Part shown: positions 8,859 through 18,453 of the stretch, piece by piece
Position numbering within the stretch: position 1 is the first letter of the stretch
How the letters are laid out: every line of letters starts with the position of its first letter
IMG/VR virus record: IMGVR_UViG_3300002092_001594
Span: 1-64,000 of that record
Direction: 5' to 3' (one strand)
Origin: a virus
Length of the DNA: 64,000 nucleotides
Made by a program: the position numbers and the translations under genes
The notes under the pieces: generated by a model
What the model was told of the DNA's origin: nothing
Database searches by the model: none
What the model saw: only the letters and a program-made list of their open reading frames with translations

Positions 8859-10802
8859 TTAAAAATCGTGTTGTGCGTTAATTGCTTCCTTTGCCTTCTC
8901 GTCAATTTCATGTTGTAGGAAGTTCTTAATATCTCCTTCATCAAATCCATCAGCCATTAAGTCCTTCATAATCATTCCAGTTACTTTATGGAATGCATCG
9001 TGAAGCTTTGTATTTAACATACTTTCTATTCTTTCGTGTTGACCTTCTTCATTCTCCCACATCTCAGCTTTAGTCATTACTAAGCCTGTTCTATTGCCTC
9101 CTAAGTTAGAAGGTTTATGTTTTGGAGTCTTAGTTGGTTCATTATAATGAGCCGGTCTTTCTGCAGGAACTGCTTCATCACCTATTCTCTTAGCATTTTC
9201 CATTATTCTTGGATCCTTTCCAGCTTTTTCTAATAAGTTAGCGATCTCTTTCTTAATAGTCTTATAAGACTCAATAAACTCTTTTAATTGCTTTCTTTCG
9301 TCTGGAGATAATACCGACATTCCGAATGGAGCTTGATCTTCATTTACATCTACAGTAGGTCCTGTTGCTTGTAATGGAGGCATATGTAAACCTTCTTCCA
9401 TATCTCCTGATTTATAGATGTCAGATAAAGCCTGTAAATAATCAGGAACCCAATCTTCAAAATATCCGTAAGCAGAAAGTAAATTACGTACTTGTACTTT
9501 ATTCATACCTGCTTCTAGCATTTCATGTCCGCACCAGTTAATAGCATCGTTTTCAAATTTCTTCCAGATAGCATTACGCTCTTTACTAAATGCTTGAAAC
9601 TCTGGAGTATTAGCATAGTTAGGAGTTTGAGTCATTTTAGCATACTCCTCTTTAGTTGCTTCGTATTTATCGTATAGTTGTTTTAACTCTGGATGCTTTT
9701 GTGCAACTACTTTAGCTGCTTCTCTTTCGGAACGCATATTAGAGCCATCGCTAGCCCCTTCTTCGTCTATTTCTGCCATTGTACTACCGTAAATGTCTTG
9801 AACAAACTCCTTACCGTTAACACCGAAGTGATCACCCTTTATATTAAGTTGAGTTTTTTCATAGTCTGTTAAAGGTTGACCTTTATCTCCAACTTTACTA
9901 ATTTTCCACTCTCCGTATTTCTTTTCAGGTCTATAGTTTCTAGAAGCGCCTCTCGGTGCATTGCCTGAGTTAGGAGTCATTACATAGTCGATCTTGAAGT
10001 ACTCAGGAGTATTTTCAATCACTGTGAAGTCAATTGTCCATCCAGTATCGCCTTGGTTTGCTGTACTACCATGGTATGATTTAGTAGGATTCATTTCTTC
10101 ATCTACTTCATCTCTCTCGGCATTTTCTGCATCCTCATCATCTATTTCCGCTTTCTTTGCCTTATGCTCTCTTTCTTCGTCATTGTCATCTTCAGGACCA
10201 TCGTCTTGAGGCTTTACTCCAGCTATCTCTTGAAGCTTCTTAACTTCGTTCTCCCAGAACTCACCATCGTTAAAATCATCTCCTCCAGCATCGTATCCGC
10301 CATGTTCTTGCTTCCATTGCTCTTCATCATTATCCATTGCAGACTTAGTTCTTAAATCATCTACAAACTCTTTAGCAGCATCGTGTGCTGGCATGTGTCC
10401 GTAATTTTGCATTGGATCAACGTGATCTAAAGCATCATGAAAATATTGATACTGGTTCTTATGTATGTAGCCGTTCTTAACTAAGTTCTGTAATCCATTC
10501 TCAAAATCCTCATACCACTTATCCATACCAGGATGACTCTCTTCCATTTTACTTTCGAAAGGTCCTGGATCGTCTGGATACATTTGATCGAATTGATACT
10601 CATTTACAGGAGCATCGTAGTTAGAAGTGTCTTTAACAGATTTTCCACCTACTTTAAACTCTTGTCCTTTCTTAGCTTTAGCAAGGCCTGCAGTAAATGC
10701 ATTACCTTCTTGCTCTAAGTCTTCTTGTAACATCTTTTTAGGAGTGCCTTTCTTAAAGCCGTCCATCATTTTTTTATAATCTACGTGAGATATATAGCTC
10801 AT
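8859..10802 (-). CDS. Large acidic modular protein, putative internal head protein
   Basis: 647 aa, E/D rich; recurring (M/L/V)-x-E junctions; class II motif upstream. Confidence 0.5.
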   Translation of the reverse strand: MSYISHVDYKKMMDGFKKGTPKKMLQEDLEQEGNAFTAGLAKAKKGQEFKVGGKSVKDTSNYDAPVNEYQFDQMYPDDPGPFESKMEESHPGMDKWYEDFENGLQNLVKNGYIHKNQYQYFHDALDHVDPMQNYGHMPAHDAAKEFVDDLRTKSAMDNDEEQWKQEHGGYDAGGDDFNDGEFWENEVKKLQEIAGVKPQDDGPEDDNDEEREHKAKKAEIDDEDAENAERDEVDEEMNPTKSYHGSTANQGDTGWTIDFTVIENTPEYFKIDYVMTPNSGNAPRGASRNYRPEKKYGEWKISKVGDKGQPLTDYEKTQLNIKGDHFGVNGKEFVQDIYGSTMAEIDEEGASDGSNMRSEREAAKVVAQKHPELKQLYDKYEATKEEYAKMTQTPNYANTPEFQAFSKERNAIWKKFENDAINWCGHEMLEAGMNKVQVRNLLSAYGYFEDWVPDYLQALSDIYKSGDMEEGLHMPPLQATGPTVDVNEDQAPFGMSVLSPDERKQLKEFIESYKTIKKEIANLLEKAGKDPRIMENAKRIGDEAVPAERPAHYNEPTKTPKHKPSNLGGNRTGLVMTKAEMWENEEGQHERIESMLNTKLHDAFHKVTGMIMKDLMADGFDEGDIKNFLQHEIDEKAKEAINAQHDF

Positions 10803-11010
10803 TTGAAATATATTTATTATAAATAGTTAGTGTTTGCTTATTAATCTCTTGGATCTGGAGCTATTATATGATTTCTCCACCACTTCTTAAATCCGTTGTT
10901 CTTTGGAAGATCGTCGATGATTTTGCAATCGATAAAGAGAATAGCTCCTATTAAGAATAGGCTGATTAGCATAATAATTGAAAGTACAAACATAACTTAT
11001 AGTTTAATTG

Positions 11011-11253
11011 TTAAAGTAATTTTCTCCACCAAGGTCTCTCATCTTTTACGGGTTTATCTAAGTTAAGTACGACGGTGCGGTTAAATAAGCCGTATGCTGC
11101 TCTATATACAGTCTGGTGGCTTTCTATATCTAATACTGTACTATCTACTTGAATAATCATTGGCACTTTTATAACTTTACCTTTCTCTTTTACTTCGAAG
11201 AAGGTATTAACAATAAAGTATTCTCCTGTCTTATGCTTTACCGTACGTATCAT
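11011..11253 (-). CDS. Hypothetical protein
   Basis: 80 aa ending PWWRKLL. Confidence 0.6.
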   Translation of the reverse strand: MIRTVKHKTGEYFIVNTFFEVKEKGKVIKVPMIIQVDSTVLDIESHQTVYRAAYGLFNRTVVLNLDKPVKDERPWWRKLL

Positions 11254-11286
11254 ACAAATAAATATATGTACGCTTGTAAAGCGGAA

Positions 11287-11451
11287 CTACTTATTTGGCT
11301 TTAAAGTAATAGTAACTTCTTTAGAATCTTTTGCTTTAATAGCAACAACTTTTACCTTTGTAACTTTGTAACCTCTATAGCTCTTTACAACCTTGTAAGT
11401 TAAGACCTTATCTCCAATAAGCTCTTCAACTTCTTTTTTTGTTATTTCCAT
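11287..11451 (-). CDS. Small K/V-rich hypothetical protein
   Basis: Manual translation MEITKKEVEELIGDK...LKPNK. Confidence 0.5.
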   Translation of the reverse strand: MEITKKEVEELIGDKVLTYKVVKSYRGYKVTKVKVVAIKAKDSKEVTITLKPNK

Positions 11452-11453
11452 AG

Positions 11454-11723
11454 CTATTCAGTTTGAGTTGTTAAAACATGCTCAAATGTCTTAGCTGCTT
11501 TTGGATCTTCTCCATCTTTTAAGATTTCTAGAGTCATTTCGTACCTTCCCAACTCTACGTTGGTTTGAAACAGACTGTCTTGTAGATGTTCGTTTTGTTG
11601 TTTTAAGCTTACTACCGTGTCTTTTAATGTGTTTACGGCCTGGTTTTGTTCGTAGATAGTTACTAGAAGTAACGCTACGCTTGCTAACCCTAGCATGGCC
11701 TTGATGTTTACCATAACTTTCAA
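11454..11723 (-). CDS. N-terminal TM plus coiled-coil protein
   Basis: LGLASVALLLVTIY then heptad repeats; overlapped by the 3D-domain gene. Confidence 0.6.
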   Translation of the reverse strand: MKVMVNIKAMLGLASVALLLVTIYEQNQAVNTLKDTVVSLKQQNEHLQDSLFQTNVELGRYEMTLEILKDGEDPKAAKTFEHVLTTQTE

Positions 11724-12057
11724 TTATTACGTTATAAAATTTATTTTGTTTAATCTTCCAATTTAATAGAATATCAATTCGATTATGCCATCTACTACTC
11801 ATTACGTCTTCTACCTTATATTTACCGTCAAGCTTACCTGTACCTTTAATCTTAATATAAGAATGAAACGGATACTTCTTTAGCATATCTCTACTAACGG
11901 CTACTACTCTATCATTACCTGGTAGCTCTTTATTTACTCTAAAGCCACTAGCCATTCTATTGCCATACGGTCCATTCTCTTTAGCAGTTAGCTTGTAAGT
12001 TGTAGCTGTAACTGTGTCTTGGACACCAAAGAATAATATGAATATTAATGTTATCAT
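11491..12057 (-). CDS. 3D-domain cell-wall protein (lytic transglycosylase-like) with signal/TM and basic tail
   Basis: VTATTY, MASG, VAVSRD, VEDVM, RIDIL. Confidence 0.75.
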   Translation of the reverse strand: MITLIFILFFGVQDTVTATTYKLTAKENGPYGNRMASGFRVNKELPGNDRVVAVSRDMLKKYPFHSYIKIKGTGKLDGKYKVEDVMSSRWHNRIDILLNWKIKQNKFYNVIIESYGKHQGHARVSKRSVTSSNYLRTKPGRKHIKRHGSKLKTTKRTSTRQSVSNQRRVGKVRNDSRNLKRWRRSKSS

Positions 12058-12060
12058 TTT

Positions 12061-12612
12061 TTAATCCCACCATGCTTTCATATTTGAACCATCATACTCT
12101 CCGTACGATGTAAATTCTTCTCCTTTAATAATATTCCATAATTCATCCCATTCCTGCTTCTCTATTTCATTAGCTCTTCGGAATACTTTGTTATTATGTA
12201 GCTTTTCTTCAGGTGTACTCTCTCTTCCTTCTTCCCAAATCCACTCACTTTGATTCTGTAATTCTCCTAATTCAGCTTGAGCTTGATCAAGGTAAGTATC
12301 TTCTCTATCTTGATTTAGTAACTCAATTACTCGTCTCATCTTAGTTACTTTCTTCATACGAGATACTTCCTCTTCATAACCTCTATGTTCAATATAGTCA
12401 GCTGTAGCTTCTAAAGAACGTTGAAATAGATTAAGGTTGTATCTATAATCCCAAGCTTCAAAATCATATAACTCTTTTCTAAAGTACCAAACATTCTTAA
12501 AAAAGTTAGGAATGCTATATCTAACAGTCTCCCAAATTCTATACCACCAGGTACTTTGTCTATTTAATTTTTTTAAGCTTTCGAAAAAGCTATCTGCGAA
12601 TTCTACTTTCAT
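12061..12612 (-). CDS. Hypothetical phage protein
   Basis: 183 aa, W-rich, ends WWD. Confidence 0.7.
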   Translation of the reverse strand: MKVEFADSFFESLKKLNRQSTWWYRIWETVRYSIPNFFKNVWYFRKELYDFEAWDYRYNLNLFQRSLEATADYIEHRGYEEEVSRMKKVTKMRRVIELLNQDREDTYLDQAQAELGELQNQSEWIWEEGRESTPEEKLHNNKVFRRANEIEKQEWDELWNIIKGEEFTSYGEYDGSNMKAWWD

Positions 12613-12614
12613 AA

Positions 12615-12765
12615 CTATTTTAACATTTTACAATTTTCAAAATGCCATCTTTTCATAGCATTACCGCCTACTAAGCCACAATAAGGACACTTTATCTTTT
12701 CTTGCGATAGCCTGTCCTATATAAATCTTACCTTGCGGATTTGTTATTTTGTAGATGCCTGTCAT
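12615..12765 (-). pseudogene. Internally deleted GIY-YIG homing endonuclease
   Basis: Frame 1 MTGIYKITNPQGKIYIGQ; shifted frame KCPYCGLVGGNAMKRWHFENCK. Confidence 0.75.
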
Positions 12766-12779
12766 ATACTTATAAATAT

Positions 12780-12989
12780 CTAGGCACAACCTCTCATTTC
12801 AGCTAGTTTCTGCATATGCATAGCAGTCTCTGGATCTCTTATTATTGATATTTCGTAATCTACTTTATTAGTTCCTGATACAAAGCCTACATACTTAAAT
12901 GCGTTTGAATGTTCAACGCATGTATCTGAATATCCTAGTTGAACTCTTTTCTCCGGAATTGCCTTCTGGCACACTTTACAATACTTCAT
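12780..12989 (-). CDS. DksA/TraR-like zinc finger protein
   Basis: CKVC..IPEKR......CVEH. Confidence 0.65.
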   Translation of the reverse strand: MKYCKVCQKAIPEKRVQLGYSDTCVEHSNAFKYVGFVSGTNKVDYEISIIRDPETAMHMQKLAEMRGCA

Positions 12990-13007
12990 GTTTTATTTTT
13001 TATTTCT

Positions 13008-13041
13008 CTAAAGGTACAGTACTTATTTCTTTTTACCAACT
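13008..13041 (-). promoter_or_regulatory. Class I promoter
   Basis: AGTTG-N20-TACCTTTAG. Confidence 0.75.
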
Positions 13042-13196
13042 TTTTCTTTCTTTGGTAGTTCTAAGTTTTCAGTCATAATAGGACCATTTCTAAACTTATT
13101 TAGATCATAGTGCCAACGATCAGTTATGTTACCATCTCTGTCTTTGTATTCAACTGTAAATTTAGTTTGGGGCTCTACCGGTTTACTTAAGGCCAT
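13023..13196 (-). CDS. Small hypothetical protein (57 aa)
   Basis: Manual translation MALSKPVEPQTKF...WHYDLNKFRNGPI. Confidence 0.6.
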   Translation of the reverse strand: MALSKPVEPQTKFTVEYKDRDGNITDRWHYDLNKFRNGPIMTENLELPKKEKVGKKK

Positions 13197-13473
13197 ATTT
13201 TTCTATCAATTCATTAATCCTTTCCTTATCTAGGATAGGTTCTCTAATTGATTTGATAAAGATAAGGTCTCTTGTAATATCCTCCAACTTTCGTGAAGGA
13301 TTTTTTAGATTCCAGAAGACGTATTCTTCTTGAACCTTAGCAGTAAGCTGCTTTATTTTGTGCGGGTAGTTGTTTCGATTGGCTATTTCTTTTAGCTTAT
13401 CGAACTGCTCAAGACGATTGACTTGAGTATTTGCTATTCTAGAGAAGCCTAATTGGCTAATCGATTTTCTCAT
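13183..13473 (-). CDS. Hypothetical protein
   Basis: 96 aa ORF. Confidence 0.6.
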   Translation of the reverse strand: MRKSISQLGFSRIANTQVNRLEQFDKLKEIANRNNYPHKIKQLTAKVQEEYVFWNLKNPSRKLEDITRDLIFIKSIREPILDKERINELIEKYGLK

Positions 13474-13651
13474 CAGAACTTATTTTTTTTGCTTTAGAGT
13501 CTTTTACAAGCTTACGAAGAGTTAAAATAGATACTCCAATTGCTAGTAGTAGAGATAGTACTTGAAGGTAAGGAATGCTAGCTACTAAGAAACTAGTTAT
13601 ATGTAATCCCCATGCACCTGCTATTAATGCTTCTGATGTTACTGTCTTCAT
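13457..13651 (-). CDS. Two-TM small protein, holin-like candidate
   Basis: Two hydrophobic segments and a charged C-terminus. Confidence 0.45.
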   Translation of the reverse strand: MKTVTSEALIAGAWGLHITSFLVASIPYLQVLSLLLAIGVSILTLRKLVKDSKAKKISSDEKID

Positions 13652-13873
13652 TTAGTTTTGTATGCTTAGCTTTTGCTCTAGTAATGCTTCCCAAGAGGTA
13701 GCACATCTAGCTATTATAGATACCTTCATTGGAATTGTCTTACTTTCAATTAAAGCTATCATAAGATCTATCCACATTTCTCTGCTATCTACATGAAGAA
13801 CTCTATGAATTCCTTCTGGTATGTATCTCTCTGCTAGAGTGTCTAAGACTTCGTATGTTACTTTATCTACCAT
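13652..13873 (-). CDS. Hypothetical protein
   Basis: 73 aa; class II motif upstream. Confidence 0.55.
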   Translation of the reverse strand: MVDKVTYEVLDTLAERYIPEGIHRVLHVDSREMWIDLMIALIESKTIPMKVSIIARCATSWEALLEQKLSIQN

Positions 13874-13900
13874 TTGAATATAAATAGGTTATATATTTAG

Positions 13901-14560
13901 TTAAACCCTTGAGATGTATTCATCTCCCTCTTGATAATCCTCTTTCTTTTCTAATCCTAAGTCCTGGAAGTGTGCAAGGAAGTTATCATCTACCTCCCAG
14001 TCAATCTCCTCTTTAATTAAAGGAGCGTTAGAGTCTTCTTTACTACGTATTTGTTTCTCTGAGAATAAATCTCCTACATATAGGAAATGGCAATTATAAC
14101 ATAACATCCTTAAATTATCTACTTGCCAGTTATGTTTATTTCCGTCTATAAAGCTAAGCATTAAAGGCTGTTTAAAATCTATAACTCTTTTCTCGTGATG
14201 TCCACAATTATAACATTCCATTCTAAGAATGCCTTCGTAAATTAATCTGTTCTTAAGTTTTTGTTGATTGATTGCTCTGTAGCTCTCTGAAGCCATTATC
14301 TCGTTAATCTTATCGACAGAGATTTCATGATTCCACTTTACTCTTTTAATTCCTTTGCCAGAGTTATTCTTATGTAACTCGTATAAGTTCTTACCCGTCT
14401 CTAAATCGACATAAAGCTTTGCATACTTACGGTAAGTTTCAATAGTAATGTTTAAATATCTAGCAGCCTGAAAGTTAGATTGAGTATGCTTCATAGCATT
14501 CCTAATCACATTCTCAGTTAGATCTCTTTTGGGTCTTCCTGCTTTATTTTGAGTCCCCAT
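13901..14560 (-). CDS. HTH plus degenerate HNH/zinc-finger protein
   Basis: AARYLNI HTH; CYNC...LSFIDGN..NW..DNLRMLCYNC. Confidence 0.7.
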   Translation of the reverse strand: MGTQNKAGRPKRDLTENVIRNAMKHTQSNFQAARYLNITIETYRKYAKLYVDLETGKNLYELHKNNSGKGIKRVKWNHEISVDKINEIMASESYRAINQQKLKNRLIYEGILRMECYNCGHHEKRVIDFKQPLMLSFIDGNKHNWQVDNLRMLCYNCHFLYVGDLFSEKQIRSKEDSNAPLIKEEIDWEVDDNFLAHFQDLGLEKKEDYQEGDEYISRV

Positions 14561-14957
14561 ATGCTGGATTGATACGGATTAATAAGTTCCATAGATCTTG
14601 AGCAGTTTCTAAATAGACAGGAGTTCCTTCTTCATCTAATAGAGGTTCAATACTACCGTCTGGAGCTACTCTATCCCAAAGGAAGTAAGCAATTAACTCT
14701 GCTCCTTCTTTACCGAAGTGCAGTATGATTAAAGCATCGATAGTATCAAGGAAAGCTTCATCGTAGTTAGCTAAGTCTAAATTTAACTCAGCATACATTA
14801 AATTCTGTCTATTAATAATTGCTTCAATAGAATTAATAATTGATATGAAAAGCTCTTTCTTCTTTGCCTCTTGAGTCTTCTTCTTTCTCCTAACCAGGCT
14901 CTTTACATTCAGTAAATTATTAATTACTGTCTGTATCTCGTTCAGCGATTGTTCCAT
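14544..14957 (-). CDS. Hypothetical protein
   Basis: 137 aa ORF. Confidence 0.65.
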   Translation of the reverse strand: MEQSLNEIQTVINNLLNVKSLVRRKKKTQEAKKKELFISIINSIEAIINRQNLMYAELNLDLANYDEAFLDTIDALIILHFGKEGAELIAYFLWDRVAPDGSIEPLLDEEGTPVYLETAQDLWNLLIRINPAYGDSK

Positions 14958-15294
14958 TTTCTTTCTTTTTAGGAATTCTTTTAATAGGCTTCTTGATCTC
15001 TTCTATAAGATCTCTAAGCTTAATACAGTCTTCAAATTTCTCTTCCTCTAATTTAAAATTAATACATTGCTCAAGTGCAGCTATCCAATGAGGTCTTGGA
15101 ATATCTATATAAAGACCCATTCCATTTATCTCAAATAGACTAGCAAATGTTTTCTTATTTCGGAAAGCTTCTTCAATAGCAAGAGGTGTCTCTACTTTAA
15201 TCATATTAAGTAGGGCTTCATTATCTAGAAGATCAGAGGCTTGTATGTCCTCTAAAGGCTCAAAAAAGGCCTTAGGTATTTCTCTTTTATTCAT
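14920..15294 (-). CDS. Protein with C-terminal UVR-like helical hairpin
   Basis: EEEKFEDCIKLRDLI. Confidence 0.55.
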   Translation of the reverse strand: MNKREIPKAFFEPLEDIQASDLLDNEALLNMIKVETPLAIEEAFRNKKTFASLFEINGMGLYIDIPRPHWIAALEQCINFKLEEEKFEDCIKLRDLIEEIKKPIKRIPKKKENGTIAERDTDSN

Positions 15295-15309
15295 AACCTT
15301 TTTTTATTA

Positions 15310-15789
15310 TTACTTTAATCCAGCTCTATTCATCATAATCTCTCTCACTTGATCTTCTTCTGATGCTGGTGCTTGCTCTCTATCTGGTAAAGGTTCAGCT
15401 GCTGGTTCTTCTTGAGGCGCAGCTGCTGGAGTTTGTTGAGCCATCTCTCCCTCTTCTCCGCTTTTAAATATGTTCTTAATGAGATAGTTAGCAAGAGAAG
15501 GTAATGGAAGTAAATATCCGATTACATTCTTATATGGATTCTCTACATCATAAACAACCTGAAGACCTGCATCACCGAACTTCTGTTGAAGCTTTGTACC
15601 AATCTCGTTAGCCATCTGCTGTGCTTGACGAGGATCTTGAGGTACGTCATTCATAACAAATTGAAGCTTAACGCCTTTCTTTGTCTTATTAATGTTTACA
15701 TCAAATCTTAAAGTTAGATGATGTCCAGCTATCTCTACTGGAAACTCCGGAATTAATGCCGGTAATGCTTCGCTTAAATTTGTTCTCAT
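15310..15789 (-). CDS. Hypothetical protein, putative head-associated
   Basis: N-terminal LSE, P/A/E linker, C-terminal MMNRAGLK; class II motif upstream. Confidence 0.55.
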   Translation of the reverse strand: MRTNLSEALPALIPEFPVEIAGHHLTLRFDVNINKTKKGVKLQFVMNDVPQDPRQAQQMANEIGTKLQQKFGDAGLQVVYDVENPYKNVIGYLLPLPSLANYLIKNIFKSGEEGEMAQQTPAAAPQEEPAAEPLPDREQAPASEEDQVREIMMNRAGLK

Positions 15790-15801
15790 ATTAATAAATA
15801 G

Positions 15802-16437
15802 TTATTCCCAAGCGTTTATTTTAAATCTCTCTGCTGGTAGTCCGAAGTAGTCTGTTTTATATTTTGATTGTGCGAAGAATTCTAAGTCGATCCATTCATA
15901 CTTGCGTAATATAAAGTACCTTGCTGCTGCTTCCCAATCAACTTTAGCTATTATTTCCTCTGCTATTCCCTTTATCTCTTGAATCTCACTTATGAAGTAA
16001 GAGTCATACTCAAAGTGAAGAAGTTCCATTGAATTCCCAAAGGTATCTACGTAGTCCATACTAAAATCTATACCCCACTTACCTCTGTAGTTAACTACTT
16101 TATGAATAAGGTTATTTTGCTTTGCAAACTCTTTTAATTGCTCTAGAGCTTCTCCTTCATATCCTTTCCTTTCAAATAAATAAGCATGGTTTAAATGAGG
16201 TCCTGTTGATGGTTTATCTTCTACAAACCAATCTTGCCTTAGAGAAACTTCATGTCCATGATTTACTGTAGAGTGACTATTTGCGCCTGCATAATGAGAT
16301 TCAAGCTTTGTAAGCCTATATCCATTTTGATCAAATAGTTCTACTAAGTCAGAGCTATTAGAAGGAAGGCTATCCCAGTTGATAGGCTTAGTCCAGGTTC
16401 TATTTGTATGAAATTGATTATTTGTTAATGTAATCAT
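15802..16437 (-). CDS. Hypothetical protein
   Basis: 211 aa ORF. Confidence 0.7.
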   Translation of the reverse strand: MITLTNNQFHTNRTWTKPINWDSLPSNSSDLVELFDQNGYRLTKLESHYAGANSHSTVNHGHEVSLRQDWFVEDKPSTGPHLNHAYLFERKGYEGEALEQLKEFAKQNNLIHKVVNYRGKWGIDFSMDYVDTFGNSMELLHFEYDSYFISEIQEIKGIAEEIIAKVDWEAAARYFILRKYEWIDLEFFAQSKYKTDYFGLPAERFKINAWE

Positions 16438-17198
16438 AATAGAGTTCTTGTATCAATAATATTATTTAATGCTTTAGCTGCATCTTTGTAACTGTCTTTA
16501 GATTCTTCCTCTGCGTCTTCTGTATATTGCCAATTAAAATATAATTCATCTGCTGGTTTGAAGCCGTAAAACTCATGAACTTGCTTCTGTGTCTTTACTA
16601 CATTACTACCGTTCCAATTCTGACCTATAAAAATAAAGCCTGATTCGATTTCCTTTACTATATTTCTCTCTCCTAAAGTTGTCCATCTATTTTCTATCCA
16701 GTCTAATCTTTCGATTAGCTTTTGATAATAGGCATTAGTCTGTCCCCATCTAATAGAGCCCATAAAGACTACTACGTGAGATTCTAATAAAGGTGTTACT
16801 ACCTTCCAAAGCTCATCGTCTTCGTGATGAAAAGAAGCCCAGCATCTTAAATGTCCTGAAGGATTTTTAGCAGGATCTTTTACCTTACAGTCTCTAGTTC
16901 CGCAGCTATTACCATCGTTGTTAGATACATTTCCTTCGCATTCATATATTTTTAACTTAGAAACATCTACCAGAGTGCATCTATGTGCACCTAAAGATCT
17001 TTGAATTACCTCTGCAATACGAGTAGATTTAGGACTATCATGTAAGTCTTTTGTTGCATACTCTCCTCTATTAGAAGTAGTTATAAGAAGTACCTTACCT
17101 TTAGTATTTAAATATTTAACTGCTTTTTCAAGCTGTCTCTTAAACTTAGTATCTGGAACGATGTTTGCTTCTAGTAATAAATCTGCTATTCTTCTCAT
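16434..17198 (-). CDS. Flavodoxin-like NAD(P)H:FMN reductase / iron-sulfur flavoprotein family
   Basis: TTSNR..SKST loop, Cys cluster CEGN..C....C..C, VVFMGSIRWG, LIERL. Confidence 0.75.
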   Translation of the reverse strand: MRRIADLLLEANIVPDTKFKRQLEKAVKYLNTKGKVLLITTSNRGEYATKDLHDSPKSTRIAEVIQRSLGAHRCTLVDVSKLKIYECEGNVSNNDGNSCGTRDCKVKDPAKNPSGHLRCWASFHHEDDELWKVVTPLLESHVVVFMGSIRWGQTNAYYQKLIERLDWIENRWTTLGERNIVKEIESGFIFIGQNWNGSNVVKTQKQVHEFYGFKPADELYFNWQYTEDAEEESKDSYKDAAKALNNIIDTRTLL

Positions 17199-17210
17199 GT
17201 CTATAAATAT

Positions 17211-18452
17211 TTAGAATACGTTTTTGAAGAAAGGTTTAATCATATTACGTTTTTTTAAGCTATTAATTGTCAAAGTAAATATATCAAACTGATAGGTTCC
17301 TATCTCCGTAATCGTATCTAAGACTAAAGGAAGTTGTTTTATAAAATTATTATAATGAGTCTCCCCTAGCTTACTTGCATCAAACTCTACTACTATGTCC
17401 TCTTTAGGAGTATTGTACTTATAGTGTTTAAATTTCTCTTTTAAGTTAAATAGACTCTTTTCATCTTCAAGATAAGCTGTCTCTATTACACACATTTCAT
17501 CGTCTGTATATAGAGTATCACACCAAGGCTCTAATACTATAACTTTACCTATAGTAGCATTCTTAATAACAAAAGCTGTTTCATATCTTCCAGGTACTAT
17601 TGGCTTCATATTAGTATCATGAAGGACATCTGTATGCCATTTCCTCCACCACTCTCTAAACTTATTAGTTCTTAAATCTAAGTACTCTTGAGAGTCTTTT
17701 GGCTTATACCAAATCGTTCCATCCGGTAAAGGTATCTCTCTTTCTATTTCAATACCGTCTTTAAATCTACTACCTCTACAAGTCATATGATATACAAAAG
17801 CATCTCTTGACTGAATAAATTTATAACCTGCTAGGAGCATTCTATTAAAAATATCTGAGTCTTCTAACTCCATCGGTGCAAATAATAAATCATGTCCACC
17901 TATCGCTATAAAGCCTTCTTTATACATTGTCCATGGAGCAAAGATACCTTCTGATGTTACTTCTTTATACTCCTTCTTTCTATCTTCGATAAATTGAAAA
18001 AACTCTTCTTGCTTAGCTATAAACTCATCTGGTTCCATTCCAAAGTTCTTTACAAACTTTTCAGGTCCAGGAGGATGTAAAGGAGGCTCTACTCTAGTCG
18101 CTGACACAACCACTCTAGGTTTTAAATGCTTTAGTATATTATGAACATAGTTTTCAGTTATGATCATATCACTATGTAAAATAGAAATAATTTCTGTAGG
18201 AGCTAGCTCTACGCCCTTGTCATATAGTACAGTATGTCCTACTCTGTCTTTAGTTTCGTTTCTATATGCTATTACTTTCTCATCCCACTTTTCTGTTTGC
18301 TGAATCCACTCCCAAGTATTATCTGTAGAAGCATCGTCTAATAAGACAATATAGTGCTCTTCAGGATGATACATCCTAATAGATCTATAAGCTTGTAAAG
18401 CGTATTTCTGATTATTCCTGACTGGAATTATAAATGTTATTTCTTGATTCAT
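17211..18452 (-). CDS. Glycosyltransferase family 2
   Basis: IIPVRN, LDDASTDNT, HSD, EDSD. Confidence 0.88.
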   Translation of the reverse strand: MNQEITFIIPVRNNQKYALQAYRSIRMYHPEEHYIVLLDDASTDNTWEWIQQTEKWDEKVIAYRNETKDRVGHTVLYDKGVELAPTEIISILHSDMIITENYVHNILKHLKPRVVVSATRVEPPLHPPGPEKFVKNFGMEPDEFIAKQEEFFQFIEDRKKEYKEVTSEGIFAPWTMYKEGFIAIGGHDLLFAPMELEDSDIFNRMLLAGYKFIQSRDAFVYHMTCRGSRFKDGIEIEREIPLPDGTIWYKPKDSQEYLDLRTNKFREWWRKWHTDVLHDTNMKPIVPGRYETAFVIKNATIGKVIVLEPWCDTLYTDDEMCVIETAYLEDEKSLFNLKEKFKHYKYNTPKEDIVVEFDASKLGETHYNNFIKQLPLVLDTITEIGTYQFDIFTLTINSLKKRNMIKPFFKNVF

Positions 18453-18453
18453 A

